Source: Clostridia bacterium (GTDB taxonomy: Bacteria; Bacillota; Clostridia; DSM-8532; SZUA-474). Taken from it: a DNA stretch of 64,000 nucleotides. The position numbers and the translations under genes were made by a program. A model generated the notes under the pieces. It was not told the origin of the DNA and made no database searches. It saw only the letters and a program-made list of their open reading frames with translations. Within the stretch, counting starts at the first letter, position 1, and the number at the start of each line of letters is the position of its first letter. The DNA lies in the NCBI GenBank assembly GCA_003251775.1, contig QKEK01000012.1:4393-68392 (forward strand), in the 5' to 3' direction. Below are positions 25,410-35,240 of the stretch, in pieces.

Positions 25410-26480
25410 ATGGAAAAAATGGTACTGGAAAACGGTAAGGAGTTGTCACTATTTATTGACAATAATACAAGGGGTTGGGATGCTGCTGATGAGTATCTAC
25501 TCTCTCAAAAAATTGAAGGCAAGAACATACTTATTATTGGTGATAGTTATGGAGCTTTAACCTGTGGTTTTAGCGGAAATATAACAACTTATACCCACTC
25601 AGTTCTTAGCAGGAATTATATAGCTTCAGCCATGGATAAAAATGGTATTACCGCGAATATTATTACCTCTATTAATGATTTTCCATCTGATATTGATTGT
25701 GTAGTAATTAAACTCCCCAAATCTCTTGATTTATATGAATACTATCTTCAGATTGTTGGTCAGAGATATTCCGGTGCCAGTTTTCTAGCCGGTGGTATGG
25801 TTAAGTATATGCCAATTACAATGGTTCGTAAAACAGAGGAGTATTTTAATAGTGTAACTACATCACTTGCTAAAAAAAAGGCAAGGCTTATACTTGGTTG
25901 TGTAGCAAATAACTGTTCAAATCCAACTAAATTCCCAAGGGAGTATACTACTGAACATGGGTTAAAAGTTCTCTCTTATCCTGGGGTATTCTCCTATGAT
26001 CACCTGGATATTGGTACCAGATTTTTAATTGATTATATTCCATCAGATTTTAAAGGAAAAATAATGGATTTAGGTTCAGCCTCGGGAGTTCTGGGATTAA
26101 CCGCAAAGATTAAAAACCCGGACTCATCAGTTGTATTAACCGATGAATCCTATCTTGCAATAGAGTCTGCAAAGGAGAATTTTTCTGGAAACGGATTAAT
26201 TGGAGAATTTCATGTTATGGATGTTTTAAAGGGTTTTGAATCCGACTCTGTTGATTTAATTTTGTGTAATCCGCCATTTCATAATGATAACAAGGTTACA
26301 ACGGACATTGCACTCCAGATGTTTATTCAGTCAAGAAGAGTTTTAAAGAGGGGAGGGCAACTTTTTATAGTTGCCAATAAACACCTGGGTTACCATAAGA
26401 AACTTAGAGAAATATACCACAATCTCAAAAAAGAGGGAGAGAATGATAAGTTCTTTATCTACTCAGTCAGAAAAGTTTAA
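25410..26480 (+). CDS. rlmG: 23S rRNA (guanine-N2)-methyltransferase RlmG-like
   Basis: WDAADEYLL, KKARL, CNPPFH and IVANKHLGYHKKL match E. coli RlmG/YgjO as I recall it. I prefer ATG 25410 (GAGGGA 4 nt upstream) over the ORF-track TTG 25398. Confidence 0.85.
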   Translation: MEKMVLENGKELSLFIDNNTRGWDAADEYLLSQKIEGKNILIIGDSYGALTCGFSGNITTYTHSVLSRNYIASAMDKNGITANIITSINDFPSDIDCVVIKLPKSLDLYEYYLQIVGQRYSGASFLAGGMVKYMPITMVRKTEEYFNSVTTSLAKKKARLILGCVANNCSNPTKFPREYTTEHGLKVLSYPGVFSYDHLDIGTRFLIDYIPSDFKGKIMDLGSASGVLGLTAKIKNPDSSVVLTDESYLAIESAKENFSGNGLIGEFHVMDVLKGFESDSVDLILCNPPFHNDNKVTTDIALQMFIQSRRVLKRGGQLFIVANKHLGYHKKLREIYHNLKKEGENDKFFIYSVRKV

Positions 26481-26746
26481 TTATCATTCCACTTATAGAT
26501 AATAAATGCAGGGGCAGGGTGGCAATTTTCCTGCTCCTTAGGTTTACAGCCCATGGTACACCCGCTGCACTTTGAACCATTATTAGTGTTAACTATTGGA
26601 AGCTCGGCTTTTATATAACCTTTATTACACAGAAAATCCAATGGAGCTTCCAATTCATCATAATCAAGATCAAATCTAAGGGATAGATCTGTTAAGGATG
26701 CTGTTTTTTCCTCTTTTATGTAGTTTTTTATATCCTGTATAATCAT
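26477..26746 (-). CDS. feoC: FeoC-like winged-helix protein
   Basis: 89 aa directly downstream of feoB. N-terminal wHTH-like region (IKNYIKEEKTASLTDLSLRFDLDYDELEAPLDFLCNKGYI) and a C-terminal Cys cluster CSGCTMGC. Confidence 0.6.
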   Translation of the reverse strand: MIIQDIKNYIKEEKTASLTDLSLRFDLDYDELEAPLDFLCNKGYIKAELPIVNTNNGSKCSGCTMGCKPKEQENCHPAPAFIIYKWNDN

Positions 26747-26750
26747 AAAA

Positions 26751-29066
26751 TTACCCCTGGAATTTTATTTTTTTTCCTAAAATCTTAAAACCTGTAAAAA
26801 GCAGGGCCAGAATGCCTACTGCAACAAAAATCCATAATGAGTTATGCCCCATTGTAAACTGATAGTAAAGTGTTGCAACAGCCCAGGCAAGCATTGTCAA
26901 ATATGTTACCATAACCACAGTTAATTTCATTCCAAGCTCCTTAACACCGGCACCAAGGGCAGCAAAGCATGGAAAGTAAAGCAGTATAAATAACAGATAT
27001 GAATAACCGCTACTTTTGTTAAAGAATGTTTTTAGTCTCTCCAGGGTTCCATTGTCAGCACCTGCTTCTTCAGCAAGAGCCTCTTCATCATCGATGTCAG
27101 TTACCATACTAACTCCCATAGGGTCACTTAAACCTGAGATTAAGCCGGATAATCCAACTGGAATTGATGCAAAAGCTTCATAAACACCACCCCAGAAACT
27201 GAACTCTTCATTAGAAATATTCTCTTCAATAACAATGTTCTGGCTATATAGAGAGCTAAGGGTTCCAACAACAGCCTCTTTTGCAAAAAGTCCTGTAAAA
27301 ATACCAACCGTTGCAGGCCAGTTCTCCTTTTCAATTCCCATAGGTTCAAAAACCGGAGTTACAGATTTTCCAATATTTGCTAGCAGGGAATTCTGGCTGT
27401 CATTATTTCCAAAACTTATTTTTCCATTATCCTCAAATCCGAAGGAGTTAAGAAATCCTAAAATTCCAACAGCAACAATTATTACAGAACCACCTCTAAT
27501 ACAGAAGGATTTAAGTTTACCCCATGTGTGTATTAAAATATGTCTAATCCTTGGAGCGTGATATGGTGGTAATTCCATAATAAAGTGGGATGTAACACCT
27601 TTAAAAAGAGTTTTTTTAAGCATTAATCCGGTTAATATGGATAAAATTATACCAACCATATATATACTAAATAGAACAAAAGCTTTATTTTCAGGGAAGA
27701 AAGCAGCTAAAAACAGTGCATAAACAGGCATTCTGGCTCCACAGGACATAAAAGGCGCCATAAAAATTGTCATCATTCTGTCTCTTTTATTTTCCAGAGT
27801 TCTTGTAGCCATAATAGCTGGCACAGTACAACCAAACCCAACAATTAGAGGTATAAATGACTTACCCGGTAGTCCTATACTTCTCATAAATCTATCCATT
27901 ACAAAGGCTGCTCTTGCCATATAACCAGAGTCTTCTAGTAGAGAAAGCATAAAAAACATAAAGAAAATTATTGGAATGAAAGTAGCAACAGTCTGGAGTC
28001 CGGCTCCAATACCACCGGCTAAAATATTGGATATCCACAAAGGGGTATTTATTTTGTCTAAAATAAAGGAGAACCCATCAACAAAAATAGTTCCAAAGAG
28101 GATATCGAAGAAATCAATAAATGCTCCACCAAGAGATATGGTTACTCCAAATACCAGAAACATTGCCAGAAGGAAAATTGGAATACCAAGAAATTTATTT
28201 AATACAATTTTGTCAATTTTTTTGGAATTGGATATCCTGTTTCCCTTTTTTTTAACCGTATCTTTTACTACGCCATTAATAAAGGCGTATTTATAGTCAG
28301 CTATAATAATATCTGTTTCGTCATCTAAAATTTTCTCAATATCATTTATACTCTGTCTTATGTCCTGCTCACTTAAAGCTCCGGATTTAATTACAGTATC
28401 ATGGACAAATTTATCCATTTCCAGAAGTTTTATACCTATCCATCGGGCATTTGCTCCAACCTCTTTTTCACACTGTGTGAGTCTCTCTTCCCATGACGTA
28501 ATAACTTCACTTATTTCATTAGGGTAACTTATTTTTGCAAAGGATTCCCTGGCTACAGGAGTATACTCTTTTATAACTTCAGTAACCTTTTGTGTACTGT
28601 TTTTCTCTAGTGCGGATATGGATATAACACGACAACCCAGATGTTTCTGGAGATGTTCCACATCTATCTTTAGCCCTTTTCTCTCAGCTAGATCCATCAT
28701 GTTAAGAACAACAAGCAGTGGAACTTTCATCTCTATTAACTGAGTTAACAGGTACATGTTTCTTTCAATGTTAGATGAATCAATTATATCTATAACAAGT
28801 GAACTTTCTCCACTTAGAATGTAGTCTCTTGCAACTTTTTCATCCTCTGATGACGCTGATAATGAGTAAATCCCCGGCAAGTCTACAATATTTATCTTAT
28901 TATTGGAGTTTTTTAGAAAACCCTCTTTTCTTTCAACTGTAACTCCTGCCCAGTTCCCAACCCTCTGGTTTCCACCTGTTAAGGCGTTAAAGAGAGTTGT
29001 CTTTCCGCTGTTTGGATTACCTACAATAGATACATTTAAAACCTTGTTTTCAGCCACCCTATACAT
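26751..29066 (-). CDS. feoB: Ferrous iron transporter FeoB
   Basis: N-terminal G-domain (GNPNSGKTTLFNALTG, DLPG) and a polytopic membrane domain. Confidence 0.95.
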   Translation of the reverse strand: MYRVAENKVLNVSIVGNPNSGKTTLFNALTGGNQRVGNWAGVTVERKEGFLKNSNNKINIVDLPGIYSLSASSEDEKVARDYILSGESSLVIDIIDSSNIERNMYLLTQLIEMKVPLLVVLNMMDLAERKGLKIDVEHLQKHLGCRVISISALEKNSTQKVTEVIKEYTPVARESFAKISYPNEISEVITSWEERLTQCEKEVGANARWIGIKLLEMDKFVHDTVIKSGALSEQDIRQSINDIEKILDDETDIIIADYKYAFINGVVKDTVKKKGNRISNSKKIDKIVLNKFLGIPIFLLAMFLVFGVTISLGGAFIDFFDILFGTIFVDGFSFILDKINTPLWISNILAGGIGAGLQTVATFIPIIFFMFFMLSLLEDSGYMARAAFVMDRFMRSIGLPGKSFIPLIVGFGCTVPAIMATRTLENKRDRMMTIFMAPFMSCGARMPVYALFLAAFFPENKAFVLFSIYMVGIILSILTGLMLKKTLFKGVTSHFIMELPPYHAPRIRHILIHTWGKLKSFCIRGGSVIIVAVGILGFLNSFGFEDNGKISFGNNDSQNSLLANIGKSVTPVFEPMGIEKENWPATVGIFTGLFAKEAVVGTLSSLYSQNIVIEENISNEEFSFWGGVYEAFASIPVGLSGLISGLSDPMGVSMVTDIDDEEALAEEAGADNGTLERLKTFFNKSSGYSYLLFILLYFPCFAALGAGVKELGMKLTVVMVTYLTMLAWAVATLYYQFTMGHNSLWIFVAVGILALLFTGFKILGKKIKFQG

Positions 29067-29286
29067 CTCCTAATATTAATACGTCTGCTTCTGACTTTCT
29101 TAAAGATAGATGGAAATCTCTTACTTCCAGTTCAACCGGATCTCCCATAGGAGCAATTTTGGTTAAAGTAAATTCAATTCCTCTGGTTAATCCCATAGAT
29201 AAAAGTTTAGATCTATATTCAGTATTACCCTTTTCGTAACCCTCAATTCTAGCTCTGTCTCCAACTTTCAAATCTTTAATCTTCAT
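29059..29286 (-). CDS. feoA: Ferrous iron transport protein FeoA
   Basis: 75-aa SH3-like protein (LKVGDRARI...RSKLLSMGLTRG). Overlaps feoB by 8 nt. Confidence 0.9.
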   Translation of the reverse strand: MKIKDLKVGDRARIEGYEKGNTEYRSKLLSMGLTRGIEFTLTKIAPMGDPVELEVRDFHLSLRKSEADVLILGDV

Positions 29287-29306
29287 TTTTGCGTATCCTT
29301 TATTTT

Positions 29307-29324
29307 ACTTAGTTTAACCTAAGT
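29307..29324. promoter_or_regulatory. 18-nt near-palindrome ACTTAGtTTAAcCTAAGT in the feoA leader
   Basis: Read directly, 21 nt upstream of the feoA ATG and downstream of the candidate promoter. It could be a repressor operator or an RNA hairpin. Confidence 0.35.
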
Positions 29325-29345
29325 TAGTTATTCGTGTATAATATC

Positions 29346-29374
29346 ATTTTAAATTTAGTAAAGAAAACAGTCAA
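29346..29374 (-). promoter_or_regulatory. Candidate feoABC promoter
   Basis: On the minus strand: TTGACT (29374-29369), 17 nt, TAAAAT (29351-29346). Confidence 0.4.
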
Positions 29375-29478
29375 TAGATTGGTTTAAAAATTATCTATAG
29401 ATTAAAAAATAGTTAGAATTTAAATACTTCTTGATAAATAGTTTAAGGGCTGGTATTTTAAAGCTTAAAGGAGTTTTA

Positions 29479-31446
29479 ATGACTGATCAAAAATTAAAAC
29501 GCGAATATTTAAATTTATTATCAAAACAGTATCCAACAATAAGTAAAGTAAGTTCGGAAATAATTACTCAAAGTGCCATACTAAATCTTCCAAAGGGGAC
29601 TGAACACTTTGTCTCTGATATTCATGGGGAGGATGAAGCATTTAACCATGTTCTAAAAAATGGAAGTGGATCTATTAAAATTAAAATAGATGAAGTTTTT
29701 GAAAGTACACTACTTGAAAAAGAGAAGAGATCCCTTGCAACCCTTATATATTATCCAAAACAGAAACTGGCAATGCTTTTAAGCGAGGTAGATGAGTGTG
29801 TCCATGACGAATGGCTAAGTGTCTTACTATTTCGTTTAATCAAGATGTGTAGATATACATCTGTTAAATATACCAGATCTATGATTAGGGATGCTCTGAA
29901 TATTGAGTTTGGACATATAATTGAGGAACTTTTACATGAACAGGAGAATCTGGAAAACAAACATGACTATTACAAATCTATTATTGATACAATAATTCAG
30001 ACAGGCAGAGCTGAGGCATTTGTTGTTGCATTAAGTGAGTTGATTCAGAGAATGGTTGTTGCCCATCTCCATGTTATAGGAGACATTTTTGACAGAGGTT
30101 CCGGGGCTCACACAATAATGGATAGGCTTATGAGTTATCATAAGGTGGATATTCAGTGGGGAAACCATGATATTGTATGGATGGGGGCAGCCTCAGGCTC
30201 ATTTGCATGTATAGCCAATGTAATAAGAATCTCTCTTAGATATGGGAATATGAAGACCCTTGAAAACGGTTATGGTATTAGTATGCTACCTTTGGCATCA
30301 TTTGCAATGGAAGCGTATAATGATGATCCATGTCTGCAATTCCAGACAATAGCCCAGGAAGATAACAGTCTAAGTACAAGAGAGAAGCTTGTTCTATCCA
30401 GAATGCATAAGGCAATAACTGTAATGCAGATGAAAATAGAGGGGCAGGTTATTAAAAGAAGGCCGGAATATGCAATGGATGACAGACTTCTTCTGGATAA
30501 GATTAATTTTGCAGATAAAACAGTAACAATAGATGGAATAGTATGCGACTTGATAGACAGTAATCTTCCAACTCTGGATCCTGAAAATCCATACTCATTA
30601 ACCAGTGAGGAGAAAAATGTACTAAGAAATCTGCAAAACTCATTTATTTACAGTGATAAACTACAGGATCATGTAAGGTTTTTATTCTCAAAGGGTAGTG
30701 TGTATTCTGTTCAGAACAATAATCTACTTTATCATGGCTGTATTTTAATGAATGATGATATGACATTTAATCACCGGGTTGTTGATGGGGTGCATATGTC
30801 ACCAAAAGAGTACTTGGATTATGCAGACCGTCTTGCCAGACAGGGGTATTTTTCAAGATCCCCCCAAGAAAAACAGATAGGTCAGGATATGATGTGGTAT
30901 CTGTGGAGTGGTAAGGAGTCTCCTCTTTTCGGTAAAGAAAAAATGGCAAGTTTCGAGCGATATTTTACAAAAAACAAGGAAGTTGCTGTAGAGAAAAAAA
31001 ATCCCTATTACAAATTTAGAGATAACGAAGAAGTTTGCATTAAAATTTTAAAGGAGTTTGGTTTAAAAGAGGATGCACATATAATAAATGGCCATGTTCC
31101 TGTAGCTGTAAAAAAAGGGGAAAACCCGGTAAAAGCAAACGGAAGATTAATAGTTATTGATGGTGGTTTTTCAAAAGCATACCAAAAAGAGACCGGAATA
31201 GCCGGATATACCCTGGTTTACAACTCCTGGGGTTTTATTCTCTCATCCCACATGGCTTTTGAATCAACCCAGTCTGCAATTGAGCTTGACCAGGATATTC
31301 ATACATCAAAGCTTATTCTGGAAAGATCCAATGGAAGGATTATGGTTAAGGATACAGATAAGGGTAAGACACTTATTAAACATATAGATGTTCTTAAGGA
31401 ACTTCTACTTGCTTACAGAAATGGTGATATTAAGGAGAGAACCTAA
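29479..31446 (+). CDS. fbp: Fructose-1,6-bisphosphatase, class 3
   Basis: About 655 aa with the metallophosphoesterase motif HFVSDIHGE and GDIFDRG...GNHD. ATG 29479 follows AAAGGAG. The ORF-track TTG 29431 is probably upstream read-through. Confidence 0.9.
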   Translation: MTDQKLKREYLNLLSKQYPTISKVSSEIITQSAILNLPKGTEHFVSDIHGEDEAFNHVLKNGSGSIKIKIDEVFESTLLEKEKRSLATLIYYPKQKLAMLLSEVDECVHDEWLSVLLFRLIKMCRYTSVKYTRSMIRDALNIEFGHIIEELLHEQENLENKHDYYKSIIDTIIQTGRAEAFVVALSELIQRMVVAHLHVIGDIFDRGSGAHTIMDRLMSYHKVDIQWGNHDIVWMGAASGSFACIANVIRISLRYGNMKTLENGYGISMLPLASFAMEAYNDDPCLQFQTIAQEDNSLSTREKLVLSRMHKAITVMQMKIEGQVIKRRPEYAMDDRLLLDKINFADKTVTIDGIVCDLIDSNLPTLDPENPYSLTSEEKNVLRNLQNSFIYSDKLQDHVRFLFSKGSVYSVQNNNLLYHGCILMNDDMTFNHRVVDGVHMSPKEYLDYADRLARQGYFSRSPQEKQIGQDMMWYLWSGKESPLFGKEKMASFERYFTKNKEVAVEKKNPYYKFRDNEEVCIKILKEFGLKEDAHIINGHVPVAVKKGENPVKANGRLIVIDGGFSKAYQKETGIAGYTLVYNSWGFILSSHMAFESTQSAIELDQDIHTSKLILERSNGRIMVKDTDKGKTLIKHIDVLKELLLAYRNGDIKERT

Positions 31447-31847
31447 AAAAATCTCTCCATTACAACATATCTGACATCTTTTTTGTAAAAGGTTGCCCCA
31501 TTAATTGACATATTAAATCTTTTGTAGAAATCTGTAGCACTCTCCCTTGCATCGCACCAGAACCTGGATATACCATCCCTTTCAAGTTTTTGAATAATAT
31601 ATTTAAGCATTTTACTTCCATAACCCGAATTCTGAAAATCTGGAAGTGTTGCAAACTTTCTTAATCTTGCACTACTGTTTTCAATAAATATTGAGGCAAC
31701 ACAGATGAGTTTATCATTTATGAAGCCTCCATAGTGAATCCCTGCTGAATCATCTTCAAGAAGGCAGAAACTTTTAGGCATATCTGGCCAGAGAACTTTA
31801 TGTCTTATATCTACAGTCTCTTCCGGTTTTATTAATCTTATATCCAC
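31443..31847 (-). CDS. GNAT-family N-acetyltransferase
   Basis: Acetyl-CoA motif LRKFATLPDFQNSGYGSKMLKYI. The start overlaps the stop of the upstream antiporter gene by 1 nt. Confidence 0.8.
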   Translation of the reverse strand: MDIRLIKPEETVDIRHKVLWPDMPKSFCLLEDDSAGIHYGGFINDKLICVASIFIENSSARLRKFATLPDFQNSGYGSKMLKYIIQKLERDGISRFWCDARESATDFYKRFNMSINGATFYKKDVRYVVMERFF

Positions 31848-34012
31848 TATGCCCTCGAAATTATAGTATCTTTTACACCTACTGCTGTTTTTGCATCCAG
31901 TATATCAGCCATTGAGTGCTTATCATTTAAAATTGACCCAATTGCAGATAGGAACTGAATGTGAGGACCAGGGTTAGATTTTGGGGATACAATTAAAACT
32001 ATAACCTTTGTTGGTTCTCCATCCAGAGAATCAAAATCTACACCAGATCTGCTTATTGCAATTACTGACTTTATTGAATCTATAGAGTCTGTTTTACAGT
32101 GGGGGATAGCTATACCATTTTGTAAACCGGTACTCATAATTTTTTCCCTTTCCATAGTTCCTTCAAATACTTCATCCGGGTCTTTTATATCACCATTTTT
32201 GTAAAGCAGCTCTATCATCTCTTTTATAATACTCTCTTTATCAGAGGATTTAAGTGAGATAATAATATTTTTTGAGTCAATTGCTGATTTTAAAAGATTA
32301 AGATTTTTTCTGCTCTCTGAGTCACTGGATAGCATATCCTTCTTCATCTCTTCAGGTTTGGATAACTCCTGCAGTTTTTTTATAGTTTCATTAAGATTCA
32401 AAAGAGCTTCATAAACAACGGTTTTAACAAATATTATGTCCTCTTTATCAGATATAAATTCTATGGATGTCTCAAGGTGATGAATTGTAAAGAAAATATT
32501 GTCCTTTCTTAACTGATATATTTTTACTCCATCAATATCCATCTTATGGCTAAAGAAACCTTCGGATGTTAGTGAATCAATAATTTTTGTAATTGCCAGC
32601 TCAGTTAATGAGTCTGATGGATAATCAAATTTTGTGGAAATGGTATTACTACCCTTAATCTCTTTTTTAGTACCTTTTTTAGGAATTTGAAGAAGTTTTG
32701 TAAGTATAGGTGGTGGTGCAATAGTAGAGATAAGAGTCATTAAAACTGCTACACCGAACATCTTTCCATCAAGGATTCCGCTACTAACTCCGATTCCCGC
32801 TATAATTAGGGCTACTTCACCTCTTGGAACCATTCCTGTTCCAATTCTAAGGGCACCCAGAAGATTAAAATTAAGAAAAAGTGATGGTAATCCACAACCT
32901 ATAACCTTGGCTATTATGGAGATTATTGCATAAATAAAACCTAAAAACAGAACTTCTTTACTAAATAGAATATTGATGTTAACCATCATTCCCATTACAC
33001 AGAAGAAGACAGGAACAATAAACTCTGCAATTGGATGAATTGCTTCCTGAATAACAAAACTTACATCAGTTTTTGATAAACTTAATCCTAAAACATAAGC
33101 TCCGATTATTAATGCCAGACCTGCAGATTCAAAAATACCTGCAAATATAAGTGCTAAAGCAAGTCCTGCAATTGCAATATTAATTTTATCTTTAAAAAGT
33201 TTTATAAATGCGCTGATTTTAGATGCAAAAATAAGCCCTATTGCAGTAAAACCAATCCAGACAGAAACAGCCTTAACTGCTATAGATCCAATTGCCCCCC
33301 AATCAACATGGGATTCCCCATTATCTCCTGTAAGAACACTTACTATCCCTAATATAATTGCAAGTATAATAATACCCAATACATCATCAATAACAGCAGC
33401 AGCTAAAATTGTAACACCTTCAGGGGAGTCCATCTTTCTCTGTTCTGATAGAATTCGAGCAGTAATTCCTACACTGGTTGCTATACTTAAAACTCCAAGA
33501 AAAAGAGTAAGAGGATCCATAATTTCCAGGTGAAGAAATGCACTTGCACACCAAACCCCGCCAAAAAAGGAGAATAGTACACCGGAGATTCCTACGACAG
33601 CACCTTTTAGTGAGTATCTCATAAAAAGATTCAGGTCAGTCTCCAGTCCTGCATGAAAAAGCAGGATAATTGAAGCTATAACCGATATAGCCCATAACTC
33701 TGTTGTAACAGGTATATTTCCGGTTACAAGTGGGAAAAGACCATTGTGGAAGCCTAAAAGAGGAAACCCTCCAAGAAAATAGGGACCAATAATTATACCG
33801 GATATCAGCTCTCCCAGAACAGAAGGCATCCCAATTTTGCCAAAAACTCTACCAAATGTTTTTGCGATAAAAATTATAATACCTAGCTGATAGGCCAACA
33901 TCATCATTTTATGAGTTATATTATGGGTTGCCTCAGCTGTTTCGGCAGTAGTAGCAAAAAGTGGTATAGTTGCTAAAATTAATCCCAGCAATATAATGGA
34001 TCGTTTCTTCAT
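31847..34012 (-). CDS. CPA2-family cation:proton antiporter fused to a C-terminal PTS EIIA (fructose/Ntr type) domain
   Basis: Na+/H+-exchanger-type TM core, a linker domain of about 150 aa, then an EIIA signature (GLQNGIAIPHCKTD...VLIVSP). ATG 34012 has AAGGGA 5 nt upstream. The ORF track extends to 34093. Confidence 0.85.
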   Translation of the reverse strand: MKKRSIILLGLILATIPLFATTAETAEATHNITHKMMMLAYQLGIIIFIAKTFGRVFGKIGMPSVLGELISGIIIGPYFLGGFPLLGFHNGLFPLVTGNIPVTTELWAISVIASIILLFHAGLETDLNLFMRYSLKGAVVGISGVLFSFFGGVWCASAFLHLEIMDPLTLFLGVLSIATSVGITARILSEQRKMDSPEGVTILAAAVIDDVLGIIILAIILGIVSVLTGDNGESHVDWGAIGSIAVKAVSVWIGFTAIGLIFASKISAFIKLFKDKINIAIAGLALALIFAGIFESAGLALIIGAYVLGLSLSKTDVSFVIQEAIHPIAEFIVPVFFCVMGMMVNINILFSKEVLFLGFIYAIISIIAKVIGCGLPSLFLNFNLLGALRIGTGMVPRGEVALIIAGIGVSSGILDGKMFGVAVLMTLISTIAPPPILTKLLQIPKKGTKKEIKGSNTISTKFDYPSDSLTELAITKIIDSLTSEGFFSHKMDIDGVKIYQLRKDNIFFTIHHLETSIEFISDKEDIIFVKTVVYEALLNLNETIKKLQELSKPEEMKKDMLSSDSESRKNLNLLKSAIDSKNIIISLKSSDKESIIKEMIELLYKNGDIKDPDEVFEGTMEREKIMSTGLQNGIAIPHCKTDSIDSIKSVIAISRSGVDFDSLDGEPTKVIVLIVSPKSNPGPHIQFLSAIGSILNDKHSMADILDAKTAVGVKDTIISRA

Positions 34013-34117
34013 ATTTATCCCTTGTAATTGATATTTGTTAACAATGTAGCCTAATATACTGTTTTTTTCAATAAAATCTCTATTAATCATCAACGTGATA
34101 TTATATATAATGTTATA

Positions 34118-34411
34118 ATGAAACGATTTTTTACATATCTGCTAATATTCCCAATAAAATTTTATCAGATATTTATCTCCCCACTTTTCCCAAGGAAATG
34201 TATCTATTTCCCAAGCTGTTCAGCTTACTGTATAGAGTCTCTAAAAGTTCATGGCCCAATAAAAGGTCTTTTATTCGGTTTTTTAAGGATATTCCGATGC
34301 AGTCCACTTTTTAAGGGGGGAGTCGACCCGGTTACAGAGAACCGGTCAATAAAAAATCAGTTACATAAATACACCCTTTTTATCAGGAGTTTTAAGAGTG
34401 AGAAAAATTGA
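34118..34411 (+). CDS. yidD: Membrane protein insertion efficiency factor YidD
   Basis: FYQIFISPLFPRKCIYFPSCSAYCIESLKVHG...RCSPLFKGGVDPV is the YidD signature. Confidence 0.85.
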   Translation: MKRFFTYLLIFPIKFYQIFISPLFPRKCIYFPSCSAYCIESLKVHGPIKGLLFGFLRIFRCSPLFKGGVDPVTENRSIKNQLHKYTLFIRSFKSEKN

Positions 34412-35240
34412 ACCGGAAGAAGTTTATCAGAAACTTTATTCAGCAATTAAAGAATCAGGTGTAATCCTGCCAAAAGATGTTCAGGAAAAAATTATACACT
34501 CCATGAATAGTGAAGCCGGATTATCGAAAACAGTTTTAACAAGAATCCTGCAAAATCTGGATTGTGCAAGTAAAAACTGTCTTCCTATGTGTCAGGATAC
34601 AGGAATGGTTCTCCTTTTTGTAGAAATTGGTAGAGATTTAGACCTCTCCCAGGTAAATTTAGAAGAGGTAATCTATAAGGCTGTTGAAGATGCATACAGG
34701 GATGGATCATTCAGAAAATCTGTTGTAACAGACCCTTTAAATGAGAGAATTAATAGTAAAAATAATCTTCCTCCTGTAATCTATTATGATTTTATTCAGG
34801 GGGATGAATTAAAAATAACTGGAGTTTTAAAAGGATTTGGTTCAGAAAATTGCAGTAAAGTATTTATGTTAAAACCAACAGAGGGGCGTAACAGGGTTAT
34901 AGAAGTTGTGTTGGAAACAGTAAAGAGTGCAGGAGGTTCGCCATGTCCACCAACGGTTCTTGGTATTGGTATTGGGGGCACAATGGACTATGCTGCCAAA
35001 CTATCAAAAAAAGCACTGCTTAGAGAGATTGATGACATAAATCCGGATCCTTATTATAAAGAGCTTGAAGATGATATTCTAAAGGCTGTAAACAGTCTTA
35101 ATATTGGTCCAGGTGGTTTAGGTGGAGGTGTAACATCCCTAGGGGCAAAAATCGAGCACTATCCAACACATATTGCAGGCCTGCCAGTTGCTATAAGTGT
35201 TAATTGCTGGGCAGACAGAAAGGTAAAGGTGGTTATTTAA
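34398..35240 (+). CDS. Fe-S type hydro-lyase alpha subunit (class I fumarate hydratase / tartrate dehydratase family)
   Basis: CQDTG motif and overall FumA-N/TtdA pattern. GTG start with AGGAG 8 nt upstream. Overlaps yidD by 14 nt. Confidence 0.9.
   Translation: MRKIEPEEVYQKLYSAIKESGVILPKDVQEKIIHSMNSEAGLSKTVLTRILQNLDCASKNCLPMCQDTGMVLLFVEIGRDLDLSQVNLEEVIYKAVEDAYRDGSFRKSVVTDPLNERINSKNNLPPVIYYDFIQGDELKITGVLKGFGSENCSKVFMLKPTEGRNRVIEVVLETVKSAGGSPCPPTVLGIGIGGTMDYAAKLSKKALLREIDDINPDPYYKELEDDILKAVNSLNIGPGGLGGGVTSLGAKIEHYPTHIAGLPVAISVNCWADRKVKVVI

Noticed and set aside
27140-28296. Three ORFs (69-108 aa) overlapping feoB on either strand
   Set aside because: feoB is unambiguous across this span, so the alternatives are frame shadows.
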